A stretch of DNA of 64,000 nucleotides from the human T2T-CHM13v2.0 reference genome, Homo sapiens: the NCBI RefSeq assembly GCF_009914755.1, contig NC_060947.1; one strand, written 5' to 3'. Under the pieces are notes generated by a model. The model saw nothing but the letters and a program-made list of their open reading frames with translations, had not been told where the DNA came from and searched no databases. Position 1 is the stretch's first letter. Each line of letters begins with the position of its first letter. The translations under genes and the position numbers were made by a program. Positions 28,804 through 44,720 of the stretch are shown here, one piece after another.

Positions 28804-30937
28804 GAATGTAAACTAATACAGCCAGTATGGAAAATGAAGGTTCCCCACAAAACAAAATATGATCTAGTAATCCTACTTCTTAGTATGTAACCAAAAGATT
28901 TGAAATCAGTTTATCAAAAAGATGCGTGCAATTCCATATTCATTGAGGCACTAGTCACAGTAGGCAAGATATAGATATGAACTAAGCAACCATCAACAGA
29001 TGTATGAATATAGAATATGTGGTACACATATACAATGAAACAGTATTCTATCTTAACAAAAAGGACATTCTGTTATTTGTGACAACATGGATAGGATTAA
29101 AGACCACTATGTAAATGAGGCGCAGAAAGATAATTACTACATATTCTTATTTATATGTAGATTGTGAAAGGAAAATATCATGGACCGCTTCAAGCTGGGA
29201 ACTGCTCAGGGCCAATCTTTCTCCCATTCTATTCAAAATCATCCCTCTGCTCACAGAGATAGTTGCATATTCTGATTGCCTCCTTTGGAAAGTCTTATCA
29301 GAAACTCAAAATAATGCAACCATCTGTCTCTCACCTACCTGTGATCTGGAAGCTCCCAGTGGGGAGGCCTTGCTTTGAGTTGTCACACCTTTCTGGATGA
29401 AACTAATGTAATTATTTCATATATTTATTGATGTCTCATGCCTCCCTAAAATGTCTAAAACCAAGCAGTGCCTTGACCACTTTGCGCACATGTCATCAGG
29501 ACTTCCTGAGGCTGCGTCACAAATGCATCCTCAACCTTAGCAAAATAAACTTTCTAAATAAACTGAGACCTGCCTCAAATTTTCGGGTTCACACTTTTGT
29601 AACCATGGGGAGATTCTGAGTGGAAATGCCCCTGAACTTTGACAAATCTCCTATCAGGGCTTGGTACCAGCATGAGCTAACTTCATGGCTCAAACCAATA
29701 GGACAATTTGCTGAGAGCACCCCCTTCCAGAGAAACTCTGATCTCCCAAAATTTGGTTGAGATCTAAAGTTTCTTTTGCCATACAACTCCTCTTATGTAT
29801 TTATTTATTTATTTTTTTCTGGAGTTTTACTTGCTTCCAACACAATGAAGGCAAGTTTTTTCCTGCTTCCAATGTGACGGAAGTCAGGTAACTACTTTAC
29901 GGAGTTTGAGCTTGCTTCCAACAGTGGAGTTTTTGTTGTTGTTTTTTTTGTCTGTTTTGTTTTGTTTTGTTTTCCTGCTTCTAGGATGGTAGAGAACAGC
30001 CTAAAGCCTGAGACCCATCACCAGGTAAGAAACTGGTTTGGGATTCTGTCTTGCAAATTCTTTTTAAACAACTAAAGTTAGCATTAACAACCAGCTGATG
30101 TTAATTTCTATTTACACTTAGAGCGCTCAGAAGTTGTATAATTTGTGTGATCATTTTAAGTTTAGCAGCATAAATTTAAAAAGATTTTGTTGTTGTTCTT
30201 AAAGGAGCTCAATGGTTAAAAGTCAGCTTAATTGAAAGGCTAACATCCAAGATGTGTGTGTGTGTACGTATGCATGTTTTTGTATTTAAAAGGCCTTCAT
30301 GTTTTTGTTGTCTTTTTTTTCTCTCCCAAGACCTTGTCTTGTTTTTGAGCAAAAGTTTTTTTTTTCTTCTCAGTTGACTGAATTCTGTTTTCACCTGATT
30401 TTTTGACCTAAATAGTTATTGCAACAGAGGATACTCTTGGGCTTTTAAGGAAGAATGTAGTTTAGACACTCAGAAATGTCTTCGTTAAAAAAAAAAAAAT
30501 AAGTGCAGTGTAAAAGCATCTCCCTCTAGCACCAGCAGGCTTTTTCTCTCTGTACTTTAGGATGTAAATTTTGCTATTTGATTTTCACCTGAGTTGTTTC
30601 TTTTAATATGCAAATTAAGGTTATTTAGCTGACAACTGCAGAGTTGTAAAACAGGTTATCAAGAATCTGAAAATGTCAGACAGTAAAAAAAACGGGGAGG
30701 GGGGGTCCTTATAAATCTATACAATGTACTTCCTTGGGCATGCCTAATCTATGTATTTGTGTTGTGTACACAATGTTTCACTACTAAAAATATGTAACAG
30801 AGCTTTAATTAATTGGCTTAAAGAAAAATAAAAGCGCTTAAATCAGATTCTAAAAAAGAAAAGACTAGTTAAATCCTTTTTCAAGTTTATGTAACTTAAG
30901 TGAAATCTTTAATAAATAAGCTAGCTTTGAAGTTATT

Positions 30938-31287
<350 letters not shown>

Positions 31288-32222
31288 TTAAGAATTGCCA
31301 GCATACATTTTGGTTTGCATTTATTAATGAAGCAATTTCATACTTATCCCTGCCAAATACTATAAGGTGTCAATATTTGACACAAGGGTTACAAAACTAT
31401 AAACCCAGCCCTAAAAAGAATGATCTTTGCTCGTGTAATTTTTAATAAAAAAGACATTGATATGGGTTTAATGAAAATAGCTGGATCTAGAATTTATTAA
31501 GATTACCATCACTTCTAATCCTGTAGTTTTAGGCAGTTTAGTCCACAGACAGTAAGGTTTGTTTTGGGAAAGGACTGTTACTGTCTTTGTTTCAAAACTA
31601 AAGTATAAACTAAGTTCCTTCCAAAGTTAGTTCCGCCTATGCCCAGGAATGAACTAGGACAGCTTGGAGGTTAAGAGCAAGAAGAAATCAATTAGGTCAA
31701 ATTTTTCTCTTACTGGCTCAGTTATAATTTTACAATGGCAGTTTAATAACTTAAATTCATGACTATCACAGTTTTCATAATCTAGCAAACAATTAAAATA
31801 TAATTAGGTAAATGTAATATGACAAATACTTGTGGACAAAATGGATATAATTTAGAATATAAAGTTATATTAATTAAATAATAAATATTTCATTATTTGG
31901 ATATTTTCCAATAAATAGATATTGTAGGAAGACATTCTTGCTAAAAATAAAAAAAGAGAGAAGTGTGTCCTTTTAAAAGAAAGGTAAAAAACTTTTGTCT
32001 AATTCAAAGCTTATTTAAAGGTTATGTATAAAACAAGGTAAAAGGAACCAGGAAATTTAAAAAAAATGTAATGAACATTATTGAAATAGATTATTTTTTT
32101 GAGATAAAAAAGCTTAAAGAGAAATAATTTTTATATAAGAAAAAATTTTGTATGGCAAATTTAGCCCTCAAATAACTGGTTGTATTAAGTTTTGGTTTGC
32201 TTAGGAAAAAAAAATGAGATAA

Positions 32223-32521
<299 letters not shown>

Positions 32522-34344
32522 CAATAATTTTCTTTATCAATTAAAATTATTACATCCATGTATCTTCTGTATGTGCCTTTAAAGTCCTTGTAACATTGAG
32601 TTACAGGGCTTTAACTCCGAGGTCTAAAAAGGACATCAAGTCCTGCTAAATCTTAAACACTGACAACAATTAAAGCCTCTTCCTCAGGCCCCATAGAAGA
32701 TGCCAATCAAAATAAACTGCATCCCTGAGACACAGGGCAAGAAATTAAAGCTATTCCATTCTTCAAGGCCCAGGGACTATCGCGCAAGAGGTGGTTGTGT
32801 AAGATTGCAAGGGCCCATTTTGAAAGATAAAATAAATTCAGTTTCTCTATAAGTTAATTATTAGTGTCAAACGCACATTGATGCAAAACCAATATATGGC
32901 CCCTTGTGTCAGATTAACAAGGTTTTCTTGAAGCATTAACCAACTTCTTTATAAAGGTTATAAAGGTTATAAAAGGCTTATGGAAGTTATATTTTATAAT
33001 GAAGATTAAATTTTATAGATTGTTTACAAAATTAAAAAAATGTAATTGACTTCATGCTGTTTCTATTAGGGATCCTTGTTTAGAAAATTAAGTCTCCTCT
33101 CTCAAAGAATGAAAGTTTTTGCTTTTTTTTGAAATCCTTGAATTATCACTTTGGTTAAATAAATAACTTTGCAATGACCTGTAATCCTATTTTGTAATAT
33201 CGAGTGTTTTAAAGCTTTTGTATCTGACAGACTTTCCAAAATCAAATTATAAATTATGTATTTTTCTAACCTAATTAATCTTTTAAGACATTAGGTTTCC
33301 TAGTCCAAAAAATGATGTAATTTGGCTTATTAGGTATAAAAATTATACAGAAAGCATTGTCAGATATGAAATGGTGTTTGATCTTCTTTGGCCTGTATTT
33401 GTATAAATATGTTATTGGTATGTTTTCCACAATTATGGGAAACTCCTGTAATTCTGATATAACTTAGTGTATATTATCAGGAATAATCAAAATTGTTATG
33501 TTAAAATTATTGCGTGCCACAGAGGTAAAACATTTCCTTGTCAATTGTGTCTTTTGAGTATGGCTGCCTTAAAACTTTTTTTTATCCATAGACAATTGTT
33601 GTCTTGTTTTGGTCCTCTTTAGAAGGTGGCTTTATAATTAGCTAGAAAACTCCAACAGGTGCTCTTAAATGCAGGTTTCTGATAACTTTGGAAATTATGA
33701 CATCAGAATAGAGAAAAATATTTCAGGATTCATAGAGAGGTAAAATGTTCATGAGTATCAGGCGGAACAGGAATTAACTGACTGCATGGACTGAACCAAT
33801 TGTTTTGACTTTTTGCTTAAAATGTTTGCTGATTGTTTTCTTTTTCAGAGTCTTAAAACTTTCTTTTTTTTAAGCTATTGACAGCTTTTAACAATTTAGT
33901 ATAATCCTATCAACAAAATTTGGAGCATATTTGTTTCTCTCTACCTGCTTTTCCAGAATTTGGAAACTATCTGTGAGAATTCTTAACTTATGGCAATACA
34001 GTTATTTGAATAAGTGCAATAAGAATCTGTTTTCATTCATAACAGGAAACAATTGGAGAAACTGGTTATTTTACCAAGGCTTTGGAATAGTGTGCTTTCC
34101 TTTAAGGAATCAAACTTGACTTATGGAGCCAATAAAAGCCCTTGGAAAACTGGCCTCACATTTTGTGTACACAGTCTCTGTACAGGGTTTCTGACCTGTG
34201 GTAAGTAAAGAATGTCACTTTCTGACAAGCACAGAAGCCTCAGATTTATCCTGAAACCTCAAGAAGAGAGGAAATTCACCCAAATCATAGGTATTTGATG
34301 GCACAAATCCATGACTGGGCTCAGCTTTAAAAAAGTATTATCTG

Positions 34345-34666
<322 letters not shown>

Positions 34667-35990
34667 CTATGGAACAAAGTTCCATCAAAGCCAATTTTAC
34701 AGCCTATGTAAAAAATAATTATTCTTGCTGCACTATATACAAATAATTAGGCCAAGCATAATAAGCAAACCGGTTTTACCATGATTTGTTTTTAGTAAAA
34801 TGGGAAACTGGAGAGAGAATAAAATTATGTTTCAAATCGATTGTACACTTGTTGTTAGATTCTAGTCTTGCCTAATGGGATTTTTTTCCCCCAATTTTTA
34901 TTATTTTCTACAGTTCGGTCTCAATTCTAATTTTTCTTGGTTACAAGTCTTCAAAATAATGATTTCAATTTTTTTCCTTTTTTTTTCATTTATCCTAATT
35001 TACAGTCAGTGAAAACTAAGCTGTGTTTTCTTAAAACCCTGTGAACTGAAGAAAGACAAACTTCAGAAGAAAATAACATTAACATATTTACATACATAAG
35101 CCACTTCCATACCTGCCTACTAATATATGGACTTCAGAGTAATGTGGCTTATATTGATTTTTCTAGGATTGTTCTTTTGTTTGTTGTTGTTATTTCTCCT
35201 TTCCTCCCCGCTGTTTTCTCTTCACAGGACATGAGACTTCACAACCTGCTAAAAGTGAGCTTTCGGGACCTACCCGTCTAGGAATAAACCATCCTAGCCA
35301 TGAGAGACAGATGAAACCTGAGACTAGAGACTCATTTTCTTGCAAAATGCTTTCTCCAGAAGACTTCGAAAAACTAAAGGGAGGAAATGTGAAAGGAAAG
35401 TATCTTGGACTTTTTCAAGCTGGGAACCTCTCAGGGCAAATCTGCCTCACATTCTATTCAAAGTCATCTCTCTGCCCACAGAGATAGATGCATATTTTGA
35501 TTGGCTCCTTGGGAAAGACTTACAGAAACTCAAAAGAATGCAACCATCTGTCTCTCACCTACCTGTGACCCGGAAACCCCCAGTGGTGGGGACTTGGTTT
35601 GAGTTGAGGCAGCCTATCTGGACAGAACTAATGTACTTCTTATATGGATTAGATTGATGTCTTATGCCTCCCCAAAATGTCTAAAACCAAACTGTACCCC
35701 AACCACCTTGGGTACATGTCATCAGGAATTCCTGAGGCTGTGTCACGGGCGGATCCTCAACTTTGGCAAAATAAACTTTGTAAATTAACTGATAGCTGTC
35801 TCAAATTTTCAGGGTTCACAATAATATAAAACAATTGAACTCATAGAAATAGAGAGTAGAATGGTAATTATAGAGGCTGGAGGGTGGGGAAAATGGTGAG
35901 ATAATAATCAAAAGGTACAAAATCTGTTAGGATACATTTTTTGAGTTGTATTGGACAGTGTGGTGAATATAGTTAATAGTAGAATATTGA

Positions 35991-36372
<382 letters not shown>

Positions 36373-36519
36373 TCACCAAAAAAAAAATGTGAAGTATTTG
36401 AGGTAATGAACATGTAAACTAGTTTGACTTCATTATTTCACATTATATTCATAAATCATCACATCACTTTATACTCCATACATTTATACAGATATAAATT
36501 GCCAATTTATAAGTAATAA

Positions 36520-36705
36520 TGCTATGAATTTGTACCACTTCAAATGTGGCTTTTTTCTTGATTTGGCATTTGCTTGATTGCAGGAGACATTTCATCATTT
36601 TTCCAGAGCTACATTGAAGTTATTTTATTCAGGATCTAATTATATTTTTAATGATTCCATTGGGGTATGAGGGCCTGGAACTTCCTAGTCCACATCTTGC
36701 TGAAA
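36520..36705 (-). mobile_element. Probable old L1M 5'-region fragment
   Basis: gatttggcatttgcttgattgc...ggaacttcctagtccacatcttgctga. Confidence 0.45.
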
Positions 36706-36769
36706 TCCTTCTGGGTAATTTTTAGATTGACTTTTAGCCACCATAAAGAGCTCATATTTAAAGTAAAAC

Positions 36770-36881
36770 ACACCTGAAAAATAATAATAATACCTATCTC
36801 AAAAGATGATAGCAAAAATTAAATGAGAAATGTATGAAGAGATTCTAAACCAGTGCTTGTGAGATATAGGTTTGCTTTAAC
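36770..36881 (+). mobile_element. MIR 3' half
   Basis: ataataatacctatctca..aattaaatgaga..cagtgct. Confidence 0.6.
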
Positions 36882-38140
36882 TATTGATAAAAGAAAAACT
36901 TCAGCTGAATTAAATGTAAAGGAGTTTAATTTAGCAATAAATGATTCACGAATTGGGAAGCCCCCATAATCACAGCAGATTCACAGACTCCAGGGGAGCC
37001 TTGTGGTCAGAACAAATTTACAGAGGAAAAAGGGTAAAGTGATGTACAGGAATTGGAAGTGAGGTACAGAAACAGTGAGATTGGTTACAGCTCAGTGTTT
37101 GCCTTATTAGAACACAGTTTGAATACTCAGCAGTCTGAGTGATTGAAGTATGGCTGTTGCGATTTGCCAACACTCAGCTATTGTTACACGTGCATATACT
37201 ACAAAGTTAGGTTTTCAACTTTGTCTGACTATTAAGCTAGGTTACAGTTCATCCACGAGGATGCAAATATAGAAGTAGGGAATCCTTCTCAGGACATATT
37301 TAGTTTGCTTTAACAATTCTCCCCTTTGAGTCATTTTCTCAATTTTGAGAGATTGATCAAAACTTTAGTCATTAATATTACTGTCACTGTTGTAAATGTA
37401 CTTATATGGTTTTGAAACCCACAGTAGAACAGTGGGTTTTGCAAGGAGGGAATAAGGACTGAGTAGAGAGTACCTCCTCATGCTGGAACATCCTGTTTAC
37501 AAGAGAAGAACAAAACCTGGTCTGTTCTAGGATCTATGTGTTTTCTTAGAGCCTTAGCTTGATTATGTTACATTTAGCACGAGTGACTCCATTTTAGTTT
37601 GGTTTGGTTTGTTGGGGCCTAGTGCATGAGCTCAGTCCAAAATAATGGCCTCCCATAATTTTGTTTAAAAGAAAATTTCCCTTTTTGGGCCAGATTCTCA
37701 CTTAGGTGAGAGTGGGATAAAAACTTAGGGCCTTAGCACCACTCTCAGTTACCATCATTTTAAGTTTCCAGTCTCAGCATGTCATTCATAGGAGGTTACA
37801 GTGTCCTCATGGTCTCACATTTCTTCCAGCTTTTGTCATTCCAGTTGAAAAGATACCATTTGACATTCCAGAGATGGCTGCATGAAAACATTTAAAATCC
37901 TTGAGAGAATACAGTGCACCAGGGAGACTATTATTATAACGATTGGGAGGATAACACCAAGAGTTTGGAGTATGATCCTTACCCAGGGTCTCCATAAACC
38001 AAACCACCTAAAATTAAATTGATTAAAGAATGAGCTAGATTAAGAGTGTACTCACTTGACTAAGTGGTCTTTCCATTAATCCCTACAATTGAATTTTTAT
38101 TATCTACATTTGATGTGTTTCTCCATAGGCCACAAGCATC
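36882..38140 (-). mobile_element. MER57A-like 3' LTR (36882-37315) plus adjacent internal sequence; 5' part missing
   Basis: Reverse LTR start tgttaaagcaaactaaatatgtcctgagaagga; reverse PPT aaaggggagaat at 37316; internal boundary approximate. Confidence 0.85.
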
Positions 38141-39574
38141 AGCATGAAACGTTCTTAACGCAACAAAGTAATTAAGGTTTAAATCATAACACATCTACTT
38201 TTTATTTGAGTGAGCACTTCTAAATGACTTTTTCCTCACTAATCCACAGTATCCGAATTTAACAAATGTGTATAAAGATTGTGCTTTAGTAAAAATTAAA
38301 TGAAATAAAATAAGCAAATAATTTTAACATAGCATCTAGTACAAAGTAAGAATTTAATACATGTGAACTACTCTAAGGGCTTGTGTTTCCCAAGTAAACC
38401 CACTAATTTCACACTTGGTGAATTTTAACTGTGTAAGCCTTTTTGGGGGATTGAAACCTTAATTTATTTTCTCAGAGTCTGGCACACACACATCAAAACT
38501 ATGATCAGTTATCATTAAGAAAACCAATTTGTCCCTAAGACCATCACAGAAAAATCAACCTAATATACACCTACTACTATTATTACTATAATTTTAACTG
38601 TATTTGTGAAACACTTGTATTTAGTCCAATATACAGGTGCCACTTTTAATGGAGGATACTAAGCAGTTTAAGATGACATAAACATCCCCATTCTGGGAAA
38701 GAAGTGTCAGAGAAATGTATAGTAATACTTGAAAGCCTTTTCTTTCCCTTTGTACCAGTCCTAAAACAATTCTGAAGCAGTTATTTTAAAATCTGAGCTT
38801 ATTATTTAGTACCCTCATGACTTGCTAGCCAAGTGCTGCCACTTAGCCTTACAATCAACATTTCCTTCTGGTTTCTGACAGGCAGTTCTAGTCTTCTGTA
38901 CAGACTAAGGCAGCATGTCAAGAAAGGGGATTCACGTGGGACATTTTACCATAAAAAGGGAAACACACCAAAATATACAAACAAACTTTACTGTCTTTTT
39001 CCTTCCTATTGACTTTCCTGGCTAGTTTTCTCATATGCAAATCTTTTTGTTTGATTTGAAAGTGTATAACCTAATGTCTGTTCCTATTAGATATTTGAGG
39101 ATGTAGTAATCAGAATCAAGGGCTTATTTTCTCACACATTACAAATGCATGGGCGATAGATTTAATCAGAAAAAATAATATGCTTCAGAGTGCATTGAAG
39201 GGAAATATATTCTGGAAGCTATCTGCAGGCTTTCACAACTTTTGCTATCATCCAATGTTGGTAATTGAGCTGTAAAATGGCCAGAGTATGTAAGAGTAGG
39301 TTAGCTCCACCAGTAGATGTTCAAAAATCACCAGAAGCTCATGGGCATAACATTAATCTAATTATTTCCTAACTCCTAAAAGATGTCTGTCTTTCTACAT
39401 ATACTGTAAACTTTATTTCACTCCTTCAGAAATTCCTGTCAACCAAATGTCAGCTACATAAAAATGTCAAGAAGAGGGGAAGAGCCTAACATTCTTTGTG
39501 CTTTTTTTCCTTTTGCTTGGGATTTCCCAGCTGTTCAGGTAATGAAATTTAACTGTATTCTTGCCCTCTTCCAG

Positions 39575-39970
39575 AAAAATACCTAAGCCTGGGTAATTTA
39601 TAAAGAAAATAGGTTAAATTGGTTCACAGTTCTCAGGTGTTATAGGAAGCATCATGCTGGTACCTGCTTGGCTTCTAGAGATTGCCTCAGGAAGCTTACA
39701 ATCATGGTGGAAGGCAAAGGGGGAGCAGGCATGTCACATGGCCAGAGTGGTATCAAGAGAGAGAGACAATGGGGGGAGAGTTGCCACACACTTTTAAATG
39801 ACCAGATCTTGTGTGAACTCAGAGAGAGAATTTGCTTGTCACGAAGGGGATTGCCTAAGCCATTCATCTGAGCCCATAATACAAATTCCTCCCACCAGGC
39901 CACACCTCCAACATTAGGCATTATAATGTAACATGAGATTTGGGTGGGGACAAATATACAAACTATATCA
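39575..39970 (-). mobile_element. MSTA/MSTB MaLR LTR
   Basis: ctgggtaatttataaagaaaa, caggaagcttacaatcatggtggaaggcaaa, caaactatatca. Confidence 0.92.
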
Positions 39971-39989
39971 GATGGAAAAAGAAAAGGCT

Positions 39990-40490
39990 GTAATCTGGGA
40001 ACAAGGAGAAGCATGTGCAAAGAGCCTGAAGTGACAGCCATCATGGCTATTTCCAGGAATTATATATAGTTAAGTATATTGAAAGATACTTGATTTCAAG
40101 AATATCTAGAGCTGGAAAAGAAAACAATGTTCACTTTGTGAATGAACTTACCTATAAAATGGAGGGTGGACTTTATTCCAGATCCTGTGTAAGATCATTG
40201 AAAATTTTAAGGTAGAAGAGTGTTGTGAACAAATTTTCCTTTTAGAAAGATCACACTGGCAACTATGAGGAAATTTCATTAGTAATAGGGTGAGTGGAGG
40301 AAAGAGAGAGAAACTAGTAAACTGCTATACCATCATAGGCAAAAGATGATGTCAAAGAGGAGGCAGTGAGAGTAGATTAGGAGAGAATGTTTAGAGACAT
40401 ACTAATAATGTAGTATCTTCGGAATTAGGATAACATGTTTATACAGAAGGCAAAGAAAGAAAAAAAACAGTCATAAAATGACTGTAAATT
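39990..40490 (-). mobile_element. L2 fragment
   Basis: agcatgtgcaaagagcctga, ttttagaaagatcacactggc. Confidence 0.65.
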
Positions 40491-41109
40491 GTGTTTTTAA
40501 ACACAAATTTACAATAATGAAGAGAAAAGCAGAAGAGTTACATTGGAAGCCAGAAGGCAAATGGATGTGTAGCAACTGCTTTAGCATCCCTTTGGAAAGC
40601 TGAATCCTGATAAGGCAATTAGAAAAACCAAGATGCAATGACATTTACATTGGAGTACACATATTTGACTTGCAGGACACCAAATTCTGCTGGCTTTTCT
40701 CTCCTCGTTGCTACTCCTTCTCAGTCCCCTCTTCTGATTTTTCTTCATTCTCTTGACCTGAAAGCAATGGTGTATCTTGGAGTTTATTCTTTGACCTCTC
40801 TCTGCTGTATTTACATTCTCTTCTTTTGTGGTGTCATCTAGCCCTATGACGTTAAATATTGCCTCATTTTCAAATGGATGGTAACAATAACTTCCTGCTA
40901 TTTAGGCTAACAACCTCAATTTTGGGGGGCTTCTATCTCTTTCTCTCATTCTTCATCTGATCTGCCTGAAAATTATCTGTTACTATTTCAAAATATTTTT
41001 AGAATCCAAACACTTCATAGAACCTTTGCTACTACACTCACACATAAATCATTGTTTTACCTCTTACCTATATTAATGCAATAGCCTCTTAGCTAGTTTC
41101 CTATTGGTC

Positions 41110-41580
41110 AACAACTCCCCAAAAGACTACCAGAAAAGTCTACTGATCAAGTAAAATAAGTTTATTAGACTTATTGCAGTAAGAGAGAACACCACATTGA
41201 TAGGCTTAGTAATATGTTTCAAAAGAGGGAAGTCTCGGGTGATATTAACTTAGCTTAAAGGCCTCAGCTTGGTAATATTAGGATAGGCCATTCTAGGTGG
41301 TAAATTAGTTGATATTGGGTAAAGATTAGAACTTACAAGCTTTATGTTGGTGGGCACAGCAAGGCAGGAGTATTATAGTGAGTAATGATGATTTAGTAGT
41401 TAAGTAAGCTATAGTCTTAATTCACGGACTTATCTACAAGCAACAGATATTTTTTGGAACAAAAAACTAAGATAGTTTGGCGAACCTCAATATTGTTTAA
41501 CATACAGGCCAAAAGAACTTATGCTTTCTCTCAGAATTATTAAACACACGGATGAGAAACAATGTAGGTTTCAGTTCTCA
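41110..41580 (-). mobile_element. ERVL-class solo LTR (MER54/73/74-group-like), family uncertain
   Basis: Reverse start tgagaactgaaaccta; aagtttattagacttattgcagtaag (reverse AATAAA). Confidence 0.55.
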
Positions 41581-41966
41581 TCCCTTTCTTCTAACCTTGC
41601 TTCACTTAATCAGTTCTTAATAGAGCAGTGGGAGTAATTCTTTGAAAGTACTACTAAGATCAAGTCGCTACTATATTACAAACTTTAAATAGCTTCCCAT
41701 CTCATCAGCAATACAAGTCAATGTTTAAAACATGGCCTACAATGGCTACAAGATCTGATCACCACCTTTTTTTTTTTTCCTATATCTCTTCACTAGCTTA
41801 TATTCTCCTTGTTCATTCACTCTATCCACATTGGCTTTCATATTGTGCCTCAAACACACACCAGTTATACTCTTAGCTCAGTTCTTTTTTACTAGTTCTT
41901 TTCTCTATTTTGGACACTTTCCCCAAGATAATCATATATATAATTTTCACTTAAGATACCTTTTCC

Positions 41967-42570
<604 letters not shown>

Positions 42571-43221
42571 GGTCCTTTTTCCAATGTCATCTTTCCAGTG
42601 AAGCCTTCCCTGGTTTTGCTACATAAAATGGCAATCTCCATCCCACTTCTTGCCTCCTTCTCTGCTTTATTTTTCTTCATGGCACCTACTACCATATCTG
42701 GAATTTAAAAAATGGTTTAATGTTTATATTCACCAATTAAAATGCAAGCTTTGTGCAGGTAGATATATTTGTCTGCTCTTCTCACTGCTTTGTTTCCACT
42801 GTACTCAGTAGTTTCTGGAACACAGTAAGTGCTCAATAAATATTTGTTAAATAAAATAATAAGAAGTACTTAGGAATTTGTGGTACTAGATTCCTATAAG
42901 AATGGAGGGTGCGATTATCTCTCCTAGACTTGGAAAATAATCAGTTATCCTAAGTTCATACATTGTTCATATATTTTTTGTTTTTCTTTAACTTCAGAAG
43001 AAGCCTTTACTCATACTAAGTTCATTCATGCACTCATTCATTCATTGAACAAGCACTTATGAGTGTCTTTTATGTTCTGAGAATGATGACAAGTGACGTG
43101 ACATTTCATGAGATGAATGGACAATTGAGAAAGGAAAAAAGTCTAATATAATAAGCAATACTGTGTTGGATTTTTATGTCTACTATTCCATTTAATTTTT
43201 ATGGCAACACAGATGGGACAT

Positions 43222-43352
43222 AATATTATTATCCAACTTCTAAAAGTGAATAAATTAAAGCCCCAAGAGGACCTAAGAATACAAAACTTGCCAGTAGAAA
43301 AACTGAGACTTGAATGCAGCATGGTTAATCTAAAAAGTCCATTATTCTTTAA
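43222..43352 (-). mobile_element. MIR
   Basis: tattattatccaactt, tgagacttgaatgcag. Confidence 0.55.
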
Positions 43353-44379
43353 TGAGCAAAACATAATCCGTTTTTTCAATTGTCATGGCACAATTTTTGA
43401 CCAATTTACTTTATTATAGACCATATTTATCATTTACTAAATTCTTACCTAGCTTTTGTCTTAAAGCAAACACATCTTATATTTTAAAATGGATCAATGC
43501 CAATTGACAAATAAATTGGGATACAGTTAAGAATGAAGAAAGGAATAAACATTTAGTAGGTAATAACAGTTTCTGCTTTATTCTGCCCTTTGATGCCCAA
43601 TATTTAATCTGATTGCTTGTATTACATATACATTTCTACAAATGGTAGCACACATATCTCTATTTACTCACCCACTTGCCTAACTCCAAAGTTGGAGTGG
43701 GTTATGGCATTAAGTTCAATTTTCAACATCTCTAGATTATATTAAGGTCTTTAAAACAGAATCAGGTGTAGATTTTTTTTTTCACATGCTGAACCATAGT
43801 TAAAAGACAAGTGATCTTCCATTAATAGCCCAGTATATACAGCTGTCAAGAACTTAGAGTACAACTACTACCAAAGCCCTCATCCTGCACGGTAGAGAAA
43901 GGAAAACATAAGGTAATCACTGATTCATGGCACATATTTTACTGAACAGGAATAATAAAGACTAACTGCCATAAGAGTGGAGTCTTTTCCTGGGTTTTCT
44001 GAAAAAATATTCTTCCATGGAAATCCATGGGCACTGGTTTTGCCCTCTTGGAGAATTTTTGTTGCCTATTTTCCCCATGGATACATCTGAATTTAATAAT
44101 GAGGAAGGTCAGTGTGAGATCAAACTACAGGGGACCACAGGAAAGAGTAAATAGGGAGGCTACATTCATTAAGAAAGTTAATTTTCAGGCTGAGGCATTT
44201 TAACCCTTGAATTTAATGTGGTTGTACAAAGTTACATAAAGTAATATCGCCCACTACTATTAGACTCTCTGGCTACTTTAAGAGTTTATTTTGCTGTATT
44301 TACTATTATATCTCTATCAAAAGAAATCAGGGCATGTATTATATGCTTTTTAAAGTTATCCATCATATGTGTGTCATAT

Positions 44380-44720
44380 AAAAATGTTCTAGTACATGCT
44401 CTCAAATTCCTAGTATCGAGAACTAAATAATCTCGAGGTATAGTTTTTCCAGCACAAAATAAAGTGCAGTGACATTTATCCCAGTCTGCATACTCTTTGA
44501 TGATATACAGCTCAAGGTTGCATTTTTGTTAACTACATCACCATATTTCTACTTCTGTTGAGTATATTGTCAAATGAAATCAGAGAAACTGTCGTATGTG
44601 CTGTAATGAGCAATGCATCACCAACACCCTTACTTAGATAATTAGAACCTATACAAATTATCTTATTATTATTTGATTTCATCTCGTCATATTCTGCTCA
44701 TATTTCATACAGCATGCAGT
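44380..44720 (-). mobile_element. L3/CR1 fragment
   Basis: cagctcaaggttgcattt..ctacatcac..gttgagtatattgtcaa. Confidence 0.5.

Noticed and set aside
32949-32980. ttataaagg x3 repeat
   Set aside because: Appears to be an intrinsic part of MER4-group internal sequence.
36870-37314. 12-bp direct repeat gtttgctttaac on both sides of the MER57 LTR
   Set aside because: The second copy is inside the LTR terminus and the first fits the decayed MIR tail; ERV TSDs are 4-6 bp, so this is likely coincidence.
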